A stretch of DNA of 64,000 bases from Owenia fusiformis (lineage: Eukaryota): NCBI GenBank assembly GCA_903813345.2, contig CAIIXF020000001.1:13950001-14014000 (forward strand), written 5' to 3'. Both the position numbers and the translations under genes were made by a program. This document shows, piece by piece, positions 52,901 to 64,000 of the stretch. A model generated the notes under the pieces. It was not told the DNA's origin, did no database searches, and saw nothing but the letters and a program-made list of their open reading frames with translations. Position 1 is the first letter of the stretch; every line of letters starts with the position of its first letter.

Positions 52901-53576
52901 CTAGTTTTAATTGGGTCCTTGGAGACATTGTCTCAGCTTTTCTAGCTGCCCGGCGTTCCATACTGTTTTCCCGTCTTACCTTTTTACTAACTCCATCTTG
53001 TTGCTCAGACTTTCCCTGCGAGGAATATAATACTGATGATTTAACATTGCCAGGTGCGCTTGTCATTTGAGCCGAGGATTTATTAGATCGCTTATCATCT
53101 CCCGAAGTGTCCGAAATATCGTCTCTCCTCCGGCCAACTTTATTTGAAGCCGGCGATGTTGGTCTCATAGACCCAAGTGCACGACGGCTTGGACTTTGAC
53201 CCGGACTACCATTTGCCGTTCGTGTACCTGTTCCCCTAGCCTTGTTCCTCGCACCACCACTGCCGACGCCCCCTCCCGCGCCATTGCTATCTCGTTTCGT
53301 ATTCACGTCATTAGTGCCTGTATCAATTGCTGTTTTATCCTGCCTGCTGTTCAAAGAACTATTTTTACTACTATCATCAACATTTTTATCTCCATTTTTG
53401 ACCTTTTCGACAAGCTTCTGGTCGGTGCTACGACTACTACTGGGAGAATGAGACCCCTCACTACTATTGTGTTGTGATTTTGTCCGGAAACAATGTTTAC
53501 ACATAGATCGCCTCCATGTTTGTGATTCGAATCCTGGGCATTCCTTCTTAGGAGCTTCCTTTGCCTTTGAGCTCAT
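22918..53576 (-). CDS. SOGA/MTCL-family (microtubule cross-linking factor-like) long coiled-coil protein, ~2574 aa, 22 exons
   Basis: Exons 53576-52375, 52100-52013, 44766-44590, 44298-44203, 40010-39894, 39026-37826, 37463-37250, 36918-36765, 34175-34011, 33134-33009, 32700-32515, 32073-31966, 31639-30590, 30241-30022, 29630-29479, 29178-29011, 28759-28505, 28212-28033, 27671-27501, 26247-26162, 25934-24557 and 23148-22918. All GT-AG, phases consistent, 7725 nt total. SOGA-like motifs: EMEEMQDQFREEE..RELQKELEMTSKNVRILQFKLRKAE, ELKMAQEVSVRLHDELE, DVKEQLKYAEEETKIMRRKL, QMELAEQEASMLRRKI. Confidence 0.87.
32198..32375. mobile_element. Tc1/pogo-like MITE, same family as 57765-57942 in opposite orientation
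   Basis: Shared core gaggaagggtgtccactag...gaggtgttcactaa...ggttttactg|ta. Confidence 0.65.
37068..37293 (-). repeat. Tandem triplication (86-87 bp) of a SOGA-like exon end and its donor site
   Basis: ttgcaatacc(t)ctg.gcaacatcaaatctat.atttacaagttc x3, with donors at 37249, 37163 and 37076. Confidence 0.9.
39324..39463. repeat. Direct tandem duplication, ~75-bp period
   Basis: aaaacaatacacacaacaaagacactccgtcctgttaacg.tga.ccaacattaatcg.tgatgt x2. Confidence 0.85.
45304..45391. repeat. Tandem duplication, ~43-bp unit
   Basis: tacaattcattatctacccttaagccaaat.gc.agtcctcat x2. Confidence 0.85.
47524..47780. repeat. Diverged tandem repeat, ~114-118-bp period, ~2.3 copies
   Basis: cccaattaat.catttgatgtaatatcgttagatttagattcacatg at 47524 and 47639; partial third copy at ~47756. 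Confidence 0.75.
48160..48856. mobile_element. Unclassified hairpin-plus-IR-module repeat, copy C (reverse layout)
   Basis: IR pair tttatcctataccaagtagagtttt (~48165) / aaaactctacttggtataggataaa (~48700-48724), then an imperfect palindrome 48729-48856 with apical ccttcggtccctcagg. Confidence 0.6.
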
Positions 53577-55140
53577 TTTCCTTAAGAACACATCATAATT
53601 CCTTATCTCTGGTAGTCTTTTACTCTTTTAATAGCCAAATGCATGTTGTTTTTCTGTGGCAGCTAGGTGATATGGACGGGACTACGAGGCCAAGGCTAGG
53701 CAGGTGAAAGCAGCAGCAGCAGACGATCTACACGAACATCCCATTCATATCATACTACGTCACTCGTTCTTATTGACACCATTTACCTTTTTTGGAAAAG
53801 GTTAAAGGTAAACCGTATATTTGGATGCACAGTAATCCAATCCAAGCATTAGCTTTCGATATCTGCTTGGAGATTGTATCAAGGATAAGCTTCCTGCAAT
53901 CTCCTTCCAGCAGTGTATACCAGCGCTGTTTGTTTAAACCATTATGATAATCCCAGATTATCCCTACTTGTTACAGATCCATCTATTTAGATAATCAAAT
54001 ACAAATAAATAATTTGTGTGAAAGGTATGTATCGATTGTTCAAAGTATGATCATGCCATCTTTTCTGTAATATTCTATATATTTTTGAATGACATTTTGG
54101 ACCCTCTGGTTTGTGAAAGTTTCCAAAGAAAGACAACATGGACTTACATGTTCCAATTTTCCAGTCATTTTGACTTTATGTCGATGATGATATTTTATTA
54201 AATTTCGTAGCCCTAAAATATGAACTTTCTGCTGCGGCGTGGAAGAACTGAAATCTACCGATGTGTGTGTAACATGAATTTTGTACCATTTGTGAGCATA
54301 GAATGAAATATTTGTTTTATTATATCAATTTCATTTATGCCCTATAATCTGAATCTATGAGCAAGCAATGTGCAAGTCCAGAGGTCTTTCATCAATTCAT
54401 TGACCGATGATGATCGATATGTGTGAAAATTTTTGGTATTTTTGATCACATGATATTCATATTTTCCTGCAAAGCAATTACTTTTAAAGTCAAATAATTG
54501 CTACCAAGGTAAGTATTACTTTGATATGACCGACATTCTGTAGCATGTAAAAATAGTTTGGTTTATTTTATTTACATATATATTATGTACATTACCTTAT
54601 CATCCTTACATTAGTTTCAGAGCAAGTCACATTATATTCTTAGAAAAGGCAGAAACTAATAATATCTCATTTTATATCCATTTTGCAATGCTATTTTAAA
54701 GGCAGAACTGGTAGCAGAACAACTGTAAACAATATGTTTCTAAAGTAGCATGTTTGAAATTGATTGGATTATTCAGTTTTTCCTTTTTATAAATACACTA
54801 CACTTTTCTAGCAATATAAATATGCATCAACAAGTCATTTAGGTACAACCATGAGGTGTTCCCTTAGCTGAAAAAGTGTTACCTGAGCCGTTTATCTCAA
54901 AACAGGTAGACAATTTACCCATTAGCATACTGTAAATGCCCCATCAGATCAAAATATCCAATGACTACTTTAAGAGAAATTAGCAAGGCATTTCAAATTA
55001 TCCAAGTATTGGATGCAGCTTCAATGTTGGGCTCGGATCACTGCATGAGCTACAGCTATATATAAATCCAGTTTGTATTCACACCATGGTGATCGCAGCA
55101 AGTAATAGTTCTTACTAGTGTGTGTAGATTAAGATGCAAT

Positions 55141-58100
55141 TTATTTCTTTCCAAAGGTTTCATTAGATGACAATAGAGCAAATGCCAACGACTCCACTGC
55201 AAAACAGAAAAGGTATTAATAATTAATGGCACAACAACATTTTCAGCTCACGCGGGTGATCTATTGTAATCACCCACTTGTATTTGCTGTTTGTAGCATT
55301 CATTTATATGTCCAAATGTTTTGTTCATTTCATTGTAGAGCAAATGCTCCTTTTGAGTAAAAATTGGAAATGTTTACTCTATAGCCCTCACACCAGCTTC
55401 TACTATTTACACCCTCAAATTCCCACATTACTGAACTGCTACTCCCTCTTCTACTCTATTTTCCCCTATAACTGCTCCTCCTCTCTATTTCCCTCAGAGT
55501 TTTAGGAAGACGGAGTTAGGAGGGAGGATAACATTTAAAATGACTTGGTGCAGTACTAAATACATGTTCAAGTGCATTACTTACAGTGTTGGAAAGAGCC
55601 TCTCTTAATAACATTGTTGAGGAATGATGTGAGGAACTGTATACATCGAGAAAAGTCAAGCTCCATCTCTGAAAGGATCTCCTCACTGGAAAATAATCAC
55701 CCAATTTAATTCAAGTAATATTGAATAATTTATAATAAAAAAGTCATATGAACATAGTTCTATTTTATACGAGCATTATGTCATTTTTAAACAAGGTATT
55801 TAAATGTCTGGTGGCACATAGTTTTTAAAACTGAAGACTGCTTTACCGAAACTAAGACGTAGCAAAATTATGAATGCAAATTACAAGATTCAATTGTACA
55901 ATCTTTGTTACAGACAATGAATGCTGACACTGATGTCAAATGCCAGTCACAAAAACCAATGGCTATAACTAGTTATATTTTAAAACTGGGTTCGATTTTT
56001 TCATTTTGCAAATAAATTATTTTTGTAATATTAAATAAATTGTCAAAGTATTAAATAATGTTCAGTTTTAATCAATTAACAGGAATGAGTTATTTGTAAC
56101 TTTCATCAACAAAAACATATTTTGAAGACTTTCCTTTAAGACATTTTTATTTTTTGGCTGCCATTGTGCTTACATAAAGAATAGTCACAAATATGAGAAT
56201 TTTCAGATAGTACATACTTGACACTGTTGATGCCACTGTCCCAATTTGCTTGGAAAGCGAACACCAGATTGAGAACTTTGAGCACTGCCTCTTTTATAAA
56301 GGCAACCCTCTGGTGCAAGAGGCACCTGTCATATATGTTGGCAATGTAGGTATTATGCAGCTTAATGACCTGGTCTAGGTCAGGAGCCTGTTGAATATCT
56401 TCCTGGAACTCTAGCCCCGTATTTTGTAAGATCTGCAATGTGATCATCAATGTGCATGTTAGTTAAATAATGTGGTACAAATCATCATCTGCGCATGCTC
56501 GGTCATTCCTGCATTCCGACCTTCGCTAATATAGCATGTACCACTGTTCCCGGATGACGGGAGTCGAGTGAACGAAGATGAGAAATCATGGGATTCTAAC
56601 ATTGCATGATTTAAGACAAGTTATTACTCCAATAGAAAAAGTACATCAAAGTATGTAGTGAAATCATCCAAACACTGCTCAATGTAGACACTCCGACACA
56701 TTTTCTCTGTCCAAATTTGTTATCTTCCATTGACTCACATACTTAAAAAACCTTGAAATGAAAACACCTGCTAATCTGAACACTTTTGGCTGGTCCCACA
56801 GGCATTGGGATTAGATTGGTTTTACTGTACATCAAAAGTATAATTATTAACAAGGCATCAACATGCAAAATGTCACAACCTGCCATTTGTTACAGACACT
56901 GAATGCCAACTGCCAGCAACCAACCGCTGAACACCATCCACAAAAATGTTGGAGGCTATAACAATATGTCACCACTTGTGCTGGTGACATAAATATAAAT
57001 TATTCCAACTTTTAACTTCAAGGTTATCGTTTTACAGTGACTTCATAAATACTTTTAAACCTTTTCGTTTAAAACATATCAAACTTACTCTTGTGACTAT
57101 GTAGTTGTGGAGACTGTTAACAAAGTGCAGAAGTTTCATTCTGAACAGATGCATTCTGTGGATCAAATGTTCTGATCTCTGCCCTCCATCCTGACCTTTC
57201 AGATCTAAAAAACAGAACATTCACTAAATGGAAGCATAAGAATGTGCAACATGTTAAAAAATATACATACAGGGTATCTTATAACAACTGTCCTCAATCA
57301 ACCACCGTTGCTAGATAGCATAATCCCACATGATATGTGTCATATGAAAGCTCTTATTGAATCAACTAGCTTAATAGTTTGCAGTGTACCCTGCGAATAG
57401 CTATGATATCCACACATCACAACACGATTACCTGTAGTAATGAACAGATACTGAGGGATGCTGAGGATAAGGCTCAATGAAATTTGAAAGAAAAACTTGT
57501 TATTTATTAAATATTATCCAGAGAGCTCTTATACAAGAAATAATGTACAGCAATCTGCTCGTGCTTTTTTATCTATTCTTAGCAAATAAACTGACCTATA
57601 AACCGGAGTTCATCCAAGCTGTATTTGGCACGTTTGATTTGAAGCAGGAAGGTGAATATTTGGTTGTAGTAATCCTGGCATTTAGAGCTGATCACCACAT
57701 TAACAGGCCATGGGACCTACAACAGTTATCATGATATTGGAATTATACATCTTTAACTGATATACAGTAAAACCTGTTTTAGTGAACACCTCTCACTAGG
57801 GAACACCTGTCGCTAGTGGATACCCTTCCTCAGCACATACTCTACTGACTTCTGTATAAATTACCCTCTCTGTATTGAACATCTACCAACACCAAAATTT
57901 TCTTATTGGCAAGAAAATGTTCAATATACACAGGTTTTACTGTACTGTACTGTACTGTACTGTATGGTACTGTACTGTACTGTTGCATGTTGCAACTGAT
58001 GACTTACGTCGCAATACATGTTTTTGGATTTTCATTTTCAAAATGATCAGTATAGATCAATACTCCATTGACACATACGTATATTAACTTAAATTTCTTT

Positions 58101-61100
58101 TTAGTAGGTTCATGACATTTCGAGTAGGTATACAATCCCTAACATACCTTATACAGCAAAGCAAGGCTATCTAAAGCATTCACAGGTCCTTTTATGTCTT
58201 TGGCACCCTTAGTTTCATCAATGAACAATGACAGACGTGAGGCTTCTTCAGGATGATGTTGCTGCAATGCATCATGGAGCACTAGGTTCAGATAGGACAC
58301 ATCTTTCCAGTCCTCGTGTAGCCGCAACTGAAACATGAATCAATGATTTTCTAAGTTAACTGAAACACAGGTGACTGAATCTTCAAGTTTATCCATGGAT
58401 CATTATGTCTTCAAGATGGATCATCATGGATTCCTGAATCTTCAAGTTAATTGTAACATGGATGAATGGAACTTTAAAGTCAAAGGAATTAGAATTGATA
58501 GATGAGTTGATAAGTTTCCCAAGAATTACCAGTAGTTTGCAACATTCTTTGCTCTCACGATTCTATGTTAAGCATATTTTCCAGAAAGTCCAACAGTTCT
58601 AACTTTATCTCAGAACAATCCTTTGATTTAAATGTTATCTGGCAGAGAATTGAAAAATGGGACAGACAATTATCACTGTAAGCATTTCAAGTCAATCTGA
58701 CCATGACTTCTAAAATTATCACTATGTAAAAAGGATGTTAGATGTGAGAAATGTTCACAGATCTTACCTTGTCAAATATGTCTATGTAGAAGTCATACAT
58801 CGTGTCACTTGCTTCCATCAAGTAAAAATGCTGCAAATGAGAATTTAGAACTATATTATAAGTGTTGTACAGATGTATTTGAAATTGAATACACAAGAAC
58901 AGTTTGATTCAGATATCATACTTGCAGTAAGGATTAAAGGATTTGATTGATTTAATCTATGGTGGTAATGTGTTCTCTGCAAGAAATTTTTATATCTTAA
59001 TATATTTAAAAATTCAAATAATTAGCTATTCAAAATTTAAATTAACAATTCTGCCATGCTGACGAGTTTAAAAAATATTTCTAATTTAGTGATATCAGCA
59101 AAAATAGTAAATTTTTCTATAAATAGCTTTACCCTCATGGAGGCCAGATAATCCATTAGGTGAAACTCTTGCACTAGGATGTCAAGTAGACTCTTGCAAA
59201 CATGCAGATACTTGTGTTCTATGTGAGGGTGGAGAGAGCTCTGTACAGCTAGCTGTACAGGACACATACAGTCAAGGTTGAGCTTTTTCAATTTCCTGTA
59301 ACGCAATGAGAACATGACACATTTATAGAGGGTTTAGGACTAATAGGCATTCTCTAGAGCTAGACACATAGGGTACATACAGTCAAGATTTAATCAATAT
59401 ATACCAAAACTTTACAAAGTGTATGAAGAAAGGTTTGTGACCAGTAGGTGTTCTGTTGAGCTGGATACATAGGGTACATCAAGTCAAGATTTAGTTATAA
59501 TAGGCTCCCAAAGATTTAAAAAAATATATGGAATAAAATAAGGTACAGTATAATCACCCAAGGGTTTCATCTTCTTTTATGGTTAATGACTGTATTTTCT
59601 TTTTGCTTTCCATGTTTTCAAAGTTCAGTTTCAGGAATGGATTGTGTATTCCTTTTACATACAACTGTTTGTTAATATCTTGGCTGTCAGAGCAATCTGT
59701 GGGTGCAGTTACTGTATGTGAATCTGGAGGTTGGGGGTTCTCATTATCACTGGTACTGCCCAGCTCATCTTGTAAGGATTCTATGAGGCTGTCATATAAA
59801 GACTTTTGAGTGTGTTCTTAAAGTAGAAGTGTCGCGATTAATTGAAAGCTAAAATCAATGATACAAAGGAGTGACAAAATTCCAATTACATTTTTCCAAT
59901 AAATTGATTTTTCTTCATCATCACAAATAAATAAAAAAAAGATATCAGTGAGCCATTTAATCTATGCAAAAACGTCAAAATCTCAGGACATACATACAAT
60001 ACAAAACCTTTGGAATTTCAGAATATAGGCACTACATGAATCATATGATATGGGACAACAAAAAGATTCTGAATGAGACAAAATTTGGGGAATTTTTTTA
60101 TGTTTTACCCTATCTAAATCTTCAATACCTGTTCTTCCAATAACGTCATTGAGTCGGCCAAGATTCTCCAATACCTGCATTGATTTGCCAGCAAGAATAA
60201 CCTTCTCTAGTACTGGCAGTAAAAACTTGGGTACACCTTGTAGTCTTTCACTTATTGCATGTTCATTCATACGAGTCTGCTCAGATGATGCATCATCACT
60301 TTTAGATTGTTCAGTTGATGACTGAGATTTTGACTGAGAATTCCTTTCTTTTGAATATTCAGTGTCACTAGTACAGTCAATTGTAAATGCTGTTTCCCAG
60401 AATGTTTCATCTAAAGTGGACTTTCCTGTATTCCTGTAAGGAAACAAGGTAATAAGATTTATTTCAAATGGTGCAGTTCATATCTATATGCATTTTTTTA
60501 CATTTTGGTCTTTACTCTGGTGGCACTTGTGGTTGCATATTTGGTAACTTGGATGTAATGCTGCTTATCATAAAAAAAATTATTCCACATGGGAGGTGTT
60601 CCACTTTCAGAGGTTCGTTGTACAAAAACAAGCGGGACTGTGAAAAGTGTTTCACTTAAAGAGGTGTCCCACTTACAGGGGTGTTCCACTTTACAGGTTT
60701 TACTGTAGTAAAGGATAAGGGTTAACTTGAATATAATCTTTTTTTTGAATTTTCTTTTCAAATTGACAAATTAAATACAGCTGTCATAAAAAATCTCAAA
60801 CAAGGCATTAACATGCATATTGTCACCACCTGCCATTTGTTTGAGACGGCAATTACTGAACTCCAATCACTGAATGCCAAACACAAACCACCAAACACAA
60901 AAAAGTCGAAAACTATAACATTATTTCACCACTTATGGTGGTGATTATGTCACCACTTGTGGTGGTGACATATTACAATCTAAACTATAATTATGTTCAT
61001 TCCTGACCTTCTTAAGCTTGCAAAAGTTATACCTTTATTTAAGAAGGGTAATAGAAATGTCTTTACGAATTATAGACCTGTATCTATTTTGTCAGTTTTT

Positions 61101-64000
61101 TCTAAACTTCTTGAAAAACTAGTTCATAAACGTCTTTATCAATTTATCGAAAATAATCAAATCCTTTACTTACAACAATTTGGATTTAGAAAAGACTTCT
61201 CTACATATATGGCAATCTTAATTTTTGTTGAAAATATTAGAACAGACTTAGAAAATGACGAGTATTCAATTGGACTTTTTCTTGATCTTTCAAAAGCGTT
61301 TGATACGTTAAATCATGAAATATTGCTTAAAAAATTAGAATTTTATGGGATACGAGATAAGTCCTTCAATTTTTTCAAATCATATTTAGCCAATCGAAAA
61401 CAAGTAGTCTTTTATAATGGAACTTCATCTGAAGTTAAATCAATATCTCATGGAATACCCCAAGGATCGGTTCTAGGGCCACTCTTATTCATCTTATATA
61501 TAAATGATATGTATTTGGCATCTCCCACTTTGAAATCAGTTTTATTTGCTGATGACACCAACATTCTTGCACATAACTCTAATATAGACCTACTTGTTAA
61601 TAACCTTAATCGAGAACTTTTATCCCTGGATGATTGGTTTAGATCAAATAAACTATCACTCAACTATGATAAAACCAAATACATAATTTTCACAAAGAAG
61701 AAAAAGCAAATTAATAAAAATGTGAACATAAAAATTAATAATATCAATATTGAAAGGGTAAAATCAATTAACTTTCTTGGTGTTCAAATTGATGAATATC
61801 TTGACTGGAAACAACATATCAAGAATCTTGAAACAAAATTATCTTGACAATTGGAATTCTATACAAATGCAGATATCTATTAAATGTACCAAGTATGTTG
61901 GCAATCTACAACTCATTGATATACTCTTATCTCAACTATTGTATTATAATATGGGGCAGCAATTATAAAACTGCACTTGATAAAATTTTTAAAATTCAAA
62001 AAAGCTTTTTGAGATTGCTTGCTTTCAAAGATAGAAGAGCCCATACAGCTCCACTTTTTAAACAATTTAAAGTTTGGGATATTTACAATATCCACCTTTT
62101 TAACGTCGCCCAATTTGTATACAAATGGTACAACCGATTAACAGTGTTCCCACAACTTTTTGGTGATATTTTCCAAATAAATGTTAACATTCACAATTAT
62201 CATACCCGCCATTGTCAGGATCTACATGCTTTTGGACATTACACCAAAGTAGGATTTTTTTCTATTAAGATTCAAGGTCAATGGATATGGAACAGTATTG
62301 AAAGGCCAATAAGAGAAAGTTCTTCTTTGAATATTTTTAAGATAAGATACAAAAAGTATTTGATAGATAAAATTTCTTTAGATTAGAGTGTATATCACCA
62401 AATATTTCATTCTGGGTCTTAAAGGCATTTAATTACAATTAATCATTTCCAGCAGTATTTGTCCTAATATTATCATCATGCTATCATACTCTACTTTATT
62501 TTTTACTGTCACTCCCCCTGCTCCTACCCAACAACTATTGATGTGCTCTTATTTATACTTATTTATTTATTTGCGCTATCATTATATTCAATTTATGTTT
62601 ATCAAGCAGTATATACACCTATTTTAGGTGTCCTCTGTAAGTAATTTGTATTTTAATTTATTGTTATATGAAGGAAATAATAAATAAATAAATAAAAAAT
62701 AAATAAAATAAAAATTCTAATCTAAAAAGGAAATAATGTGAACTTGTTTTTCAAAAAAGGAAAAATCAGACTGCTACATTATAAATGAGATACTCTACCT
62801 ATGAATTATAAACTCCTGTTTGAGATCAATCAATGATCCATTTGTGATCCAGTCATCTAGTATTTCAATGTATGGTCTACATGTCTGTGCCCATATGCAT
62901 AGCAATGTAGATACCTGCAAACAAACAATAACAAAAACAAGGTATTAACATGACAAAATGTCACCACTTACAACAATTTAAAAAGTATATATATATTTCA
63001 GACAGTAAGTGCCAATGCCAAATTAAAAACATCAGTCACAAAAAGGTGAATGTAATAATAAATTACCACTTCTAAGCAGTAACATGAACGTCGTCTCATC
63101 GTAATCTCTATCAATTTTTTTTTATATCAACAAACACATGAATAGAACCAAATGCTCCACTTACTCTGTTAGTGTTGTTGTTAGCCAGCATGTCAGACTG
63201 AAGGATAGCATCATATATCGTAGAGAGAATCCTGGCTGCTTTCTGTGAGTTACACATGGACTTGGGTACACACTCTATACCATTTGTGTAGAGGTAGTAC
63301 AGGGTGTCCAGAAGTGGGAAGTGATGTTTCAACTTTTCTTGAAGTTTCATTAATGTGAAACTCTCCTCTGAGAAGTAAATAAAGAAGGAATTGAGATGCA
63401 ATGAAATTTGATTTAACCTCTTGAATACCCAGAGTGACGGATATATCCGTCACAAATGAAATAAGACTGGTGCCCAGAGGGACGAGAAAATCCGTCACAA
63501 AATTTTTCACAAAAATTGCTCTCATTTGAACAATTTTCATCCAATTTACACAAAAATTGTTTTAAAACGTGTAGAAATGATCTCTGCCGTCCAATTTTAC
63601 TAAGCTGAGCATCTAAAGTTGTATAGGTATGTAATAAAATGTCAAAAGGTGGCAAAAAATGAAAAATTCTCTGGTTTCATGCCAATTTTAGAGCCTGGGA
63701 TTCAAGAGGTTAATGTTTACACTCCATACCAGGTTAATCAAGAATTAAATTTTTTTTAGACTGCATCATATCAATAGAACTACATTGCAGAAAAATAGTG
63801 GATATTCCAAGAATTGGAATTTTTGCATAGATAATGAGCTTATGACTTGTATAGATGACAGGTCACAACCATCACTTCCTGTTAAGTATTATTTGTGTAA
63901 ATATTCAAAATACCTTGCAATATTCAAATTGAGCATATGAAATGAAACATACCTCTTTTAATGATAATTTTCTCAATATCCAATAGCTCCAGTCTAAAGG
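55141..64000 (-). CDS. TUBGCP5: Gamma-tubulin complex component 5, C-terminal ~650 aa in 13 exons; the 5' part lies right of the window
   Basis: Exons 64000-63953, 63367-63165, 62914-62799, 60433-60129, 59816-59558, 59295-59133, 58830-58768, 58327-58148, 57716-57596, 57204-57089, 56432-56218, 55685-55585 and 55196-55141 (TAA). Phases consistent. GCP5-like motifs: WAQTCRPYIEILDDWI, FLLPVLEKVILAGKSMQVLENL, HFYLMEASDTMYDFY, YKVPWPVNVVIS..YNQIFTFLLQIKRAKYSLD, KLLHFVNSLHNYIVTRIL..GLEFQ, DRCLL..KEAVLKVLNL, RGSFQHLESLA. Confidence 0.95.
57765..57982. mobile_element. Tc1/pogo-like MITE (57765-57942) followed by a (TACTG)n microsatellite
   Basis: ta|cagtaaaacctgt ... acaggttttactg|ta, then tactgtactg... 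to ~57982. Confidence 0.75.
60985..62713 (+). mobile_element. 5'-truncated CR1-group (CR1/L2/Crack-like) LINE in a TUBGCP5 intron, antisense to the gene
   Basis: RT ORF 60993-61847: AKVIPLFKKG, NYRPVSIL, QFGFR, FLDLSKAFD, GIPQGSVLGPLLF, LFADDT, FLGVQID. It continues after a frameshift in 61844-62386. A 3' UTR follows, with a (TAAA)n tail at ~62675-62713. Confidence 0.93.
60993..62386 (+). pseudogene. LINE ORF2 reverse transcriptase, endonuclease domain missing, one frameshift near 61845
   Basis: Two overlapping ORFs (284 aa and 180 aa) join as ...ETKLS/TIGILYKCR..., the typical post-RT region of CR1-group ORF2. Confidence 0.85.
63417..63709. mobile_element. piggyBac-type MITE
   Basis: TTAA|CCTCTTGAAT(A)CCCAG ... 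CTGGGATTCAAGAGG|TTAA. Confidence 0.75.

Overview
AT-rich, intron-rich eukaryotic genomic DNA, probably from an invertebrate bilaterian. I found no prokaryotic features, CRISPR arrays, rRNA or tRNA. Four spliced genes were assembled by hand from GT-AG sites and intron phases. (1) The 5' half of a secreted ACP5/TRAP-type purple acid phosphatase (- strand, 1304-2883). (2) The C-terminal ~1315 codons of VPS13B (+ strand, 12 exons, 6237-18458). (3) A complete ~2574-aa SOGA/MTCL-family coiled-coil gene (- strand, 22 exons, 22918-53576). (4) The 3' part of TUBGCP5 (- strand, 13 exons, 55141-64000). Introns hold many mobile elements: the 3' end of a Ty3/Gypsy element whose pol stops at RNase H (Gmr1-like), a 5'-truncated CR1-group LINE, a CAC-ended foldback element with 5-bp TSD carrying a nested Tc1/mariner MITE, Helentron/DINE-like elements, and MITEs with TA, TTA, TTAA, 8-bp and 9-bp TSDs. 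Most notable: three candidate alternative C-termini of the SOGA-like protein that all end in class I PDZ-binding motifs, apparent nesting of retrotransposon within ACP5 within a VPS13B intron, a CCCH motif at the SOGA-like N-terminus, and triplicated 5' splice sites in two different genes. Family assignments rest on recalled motifs; no database search was run.
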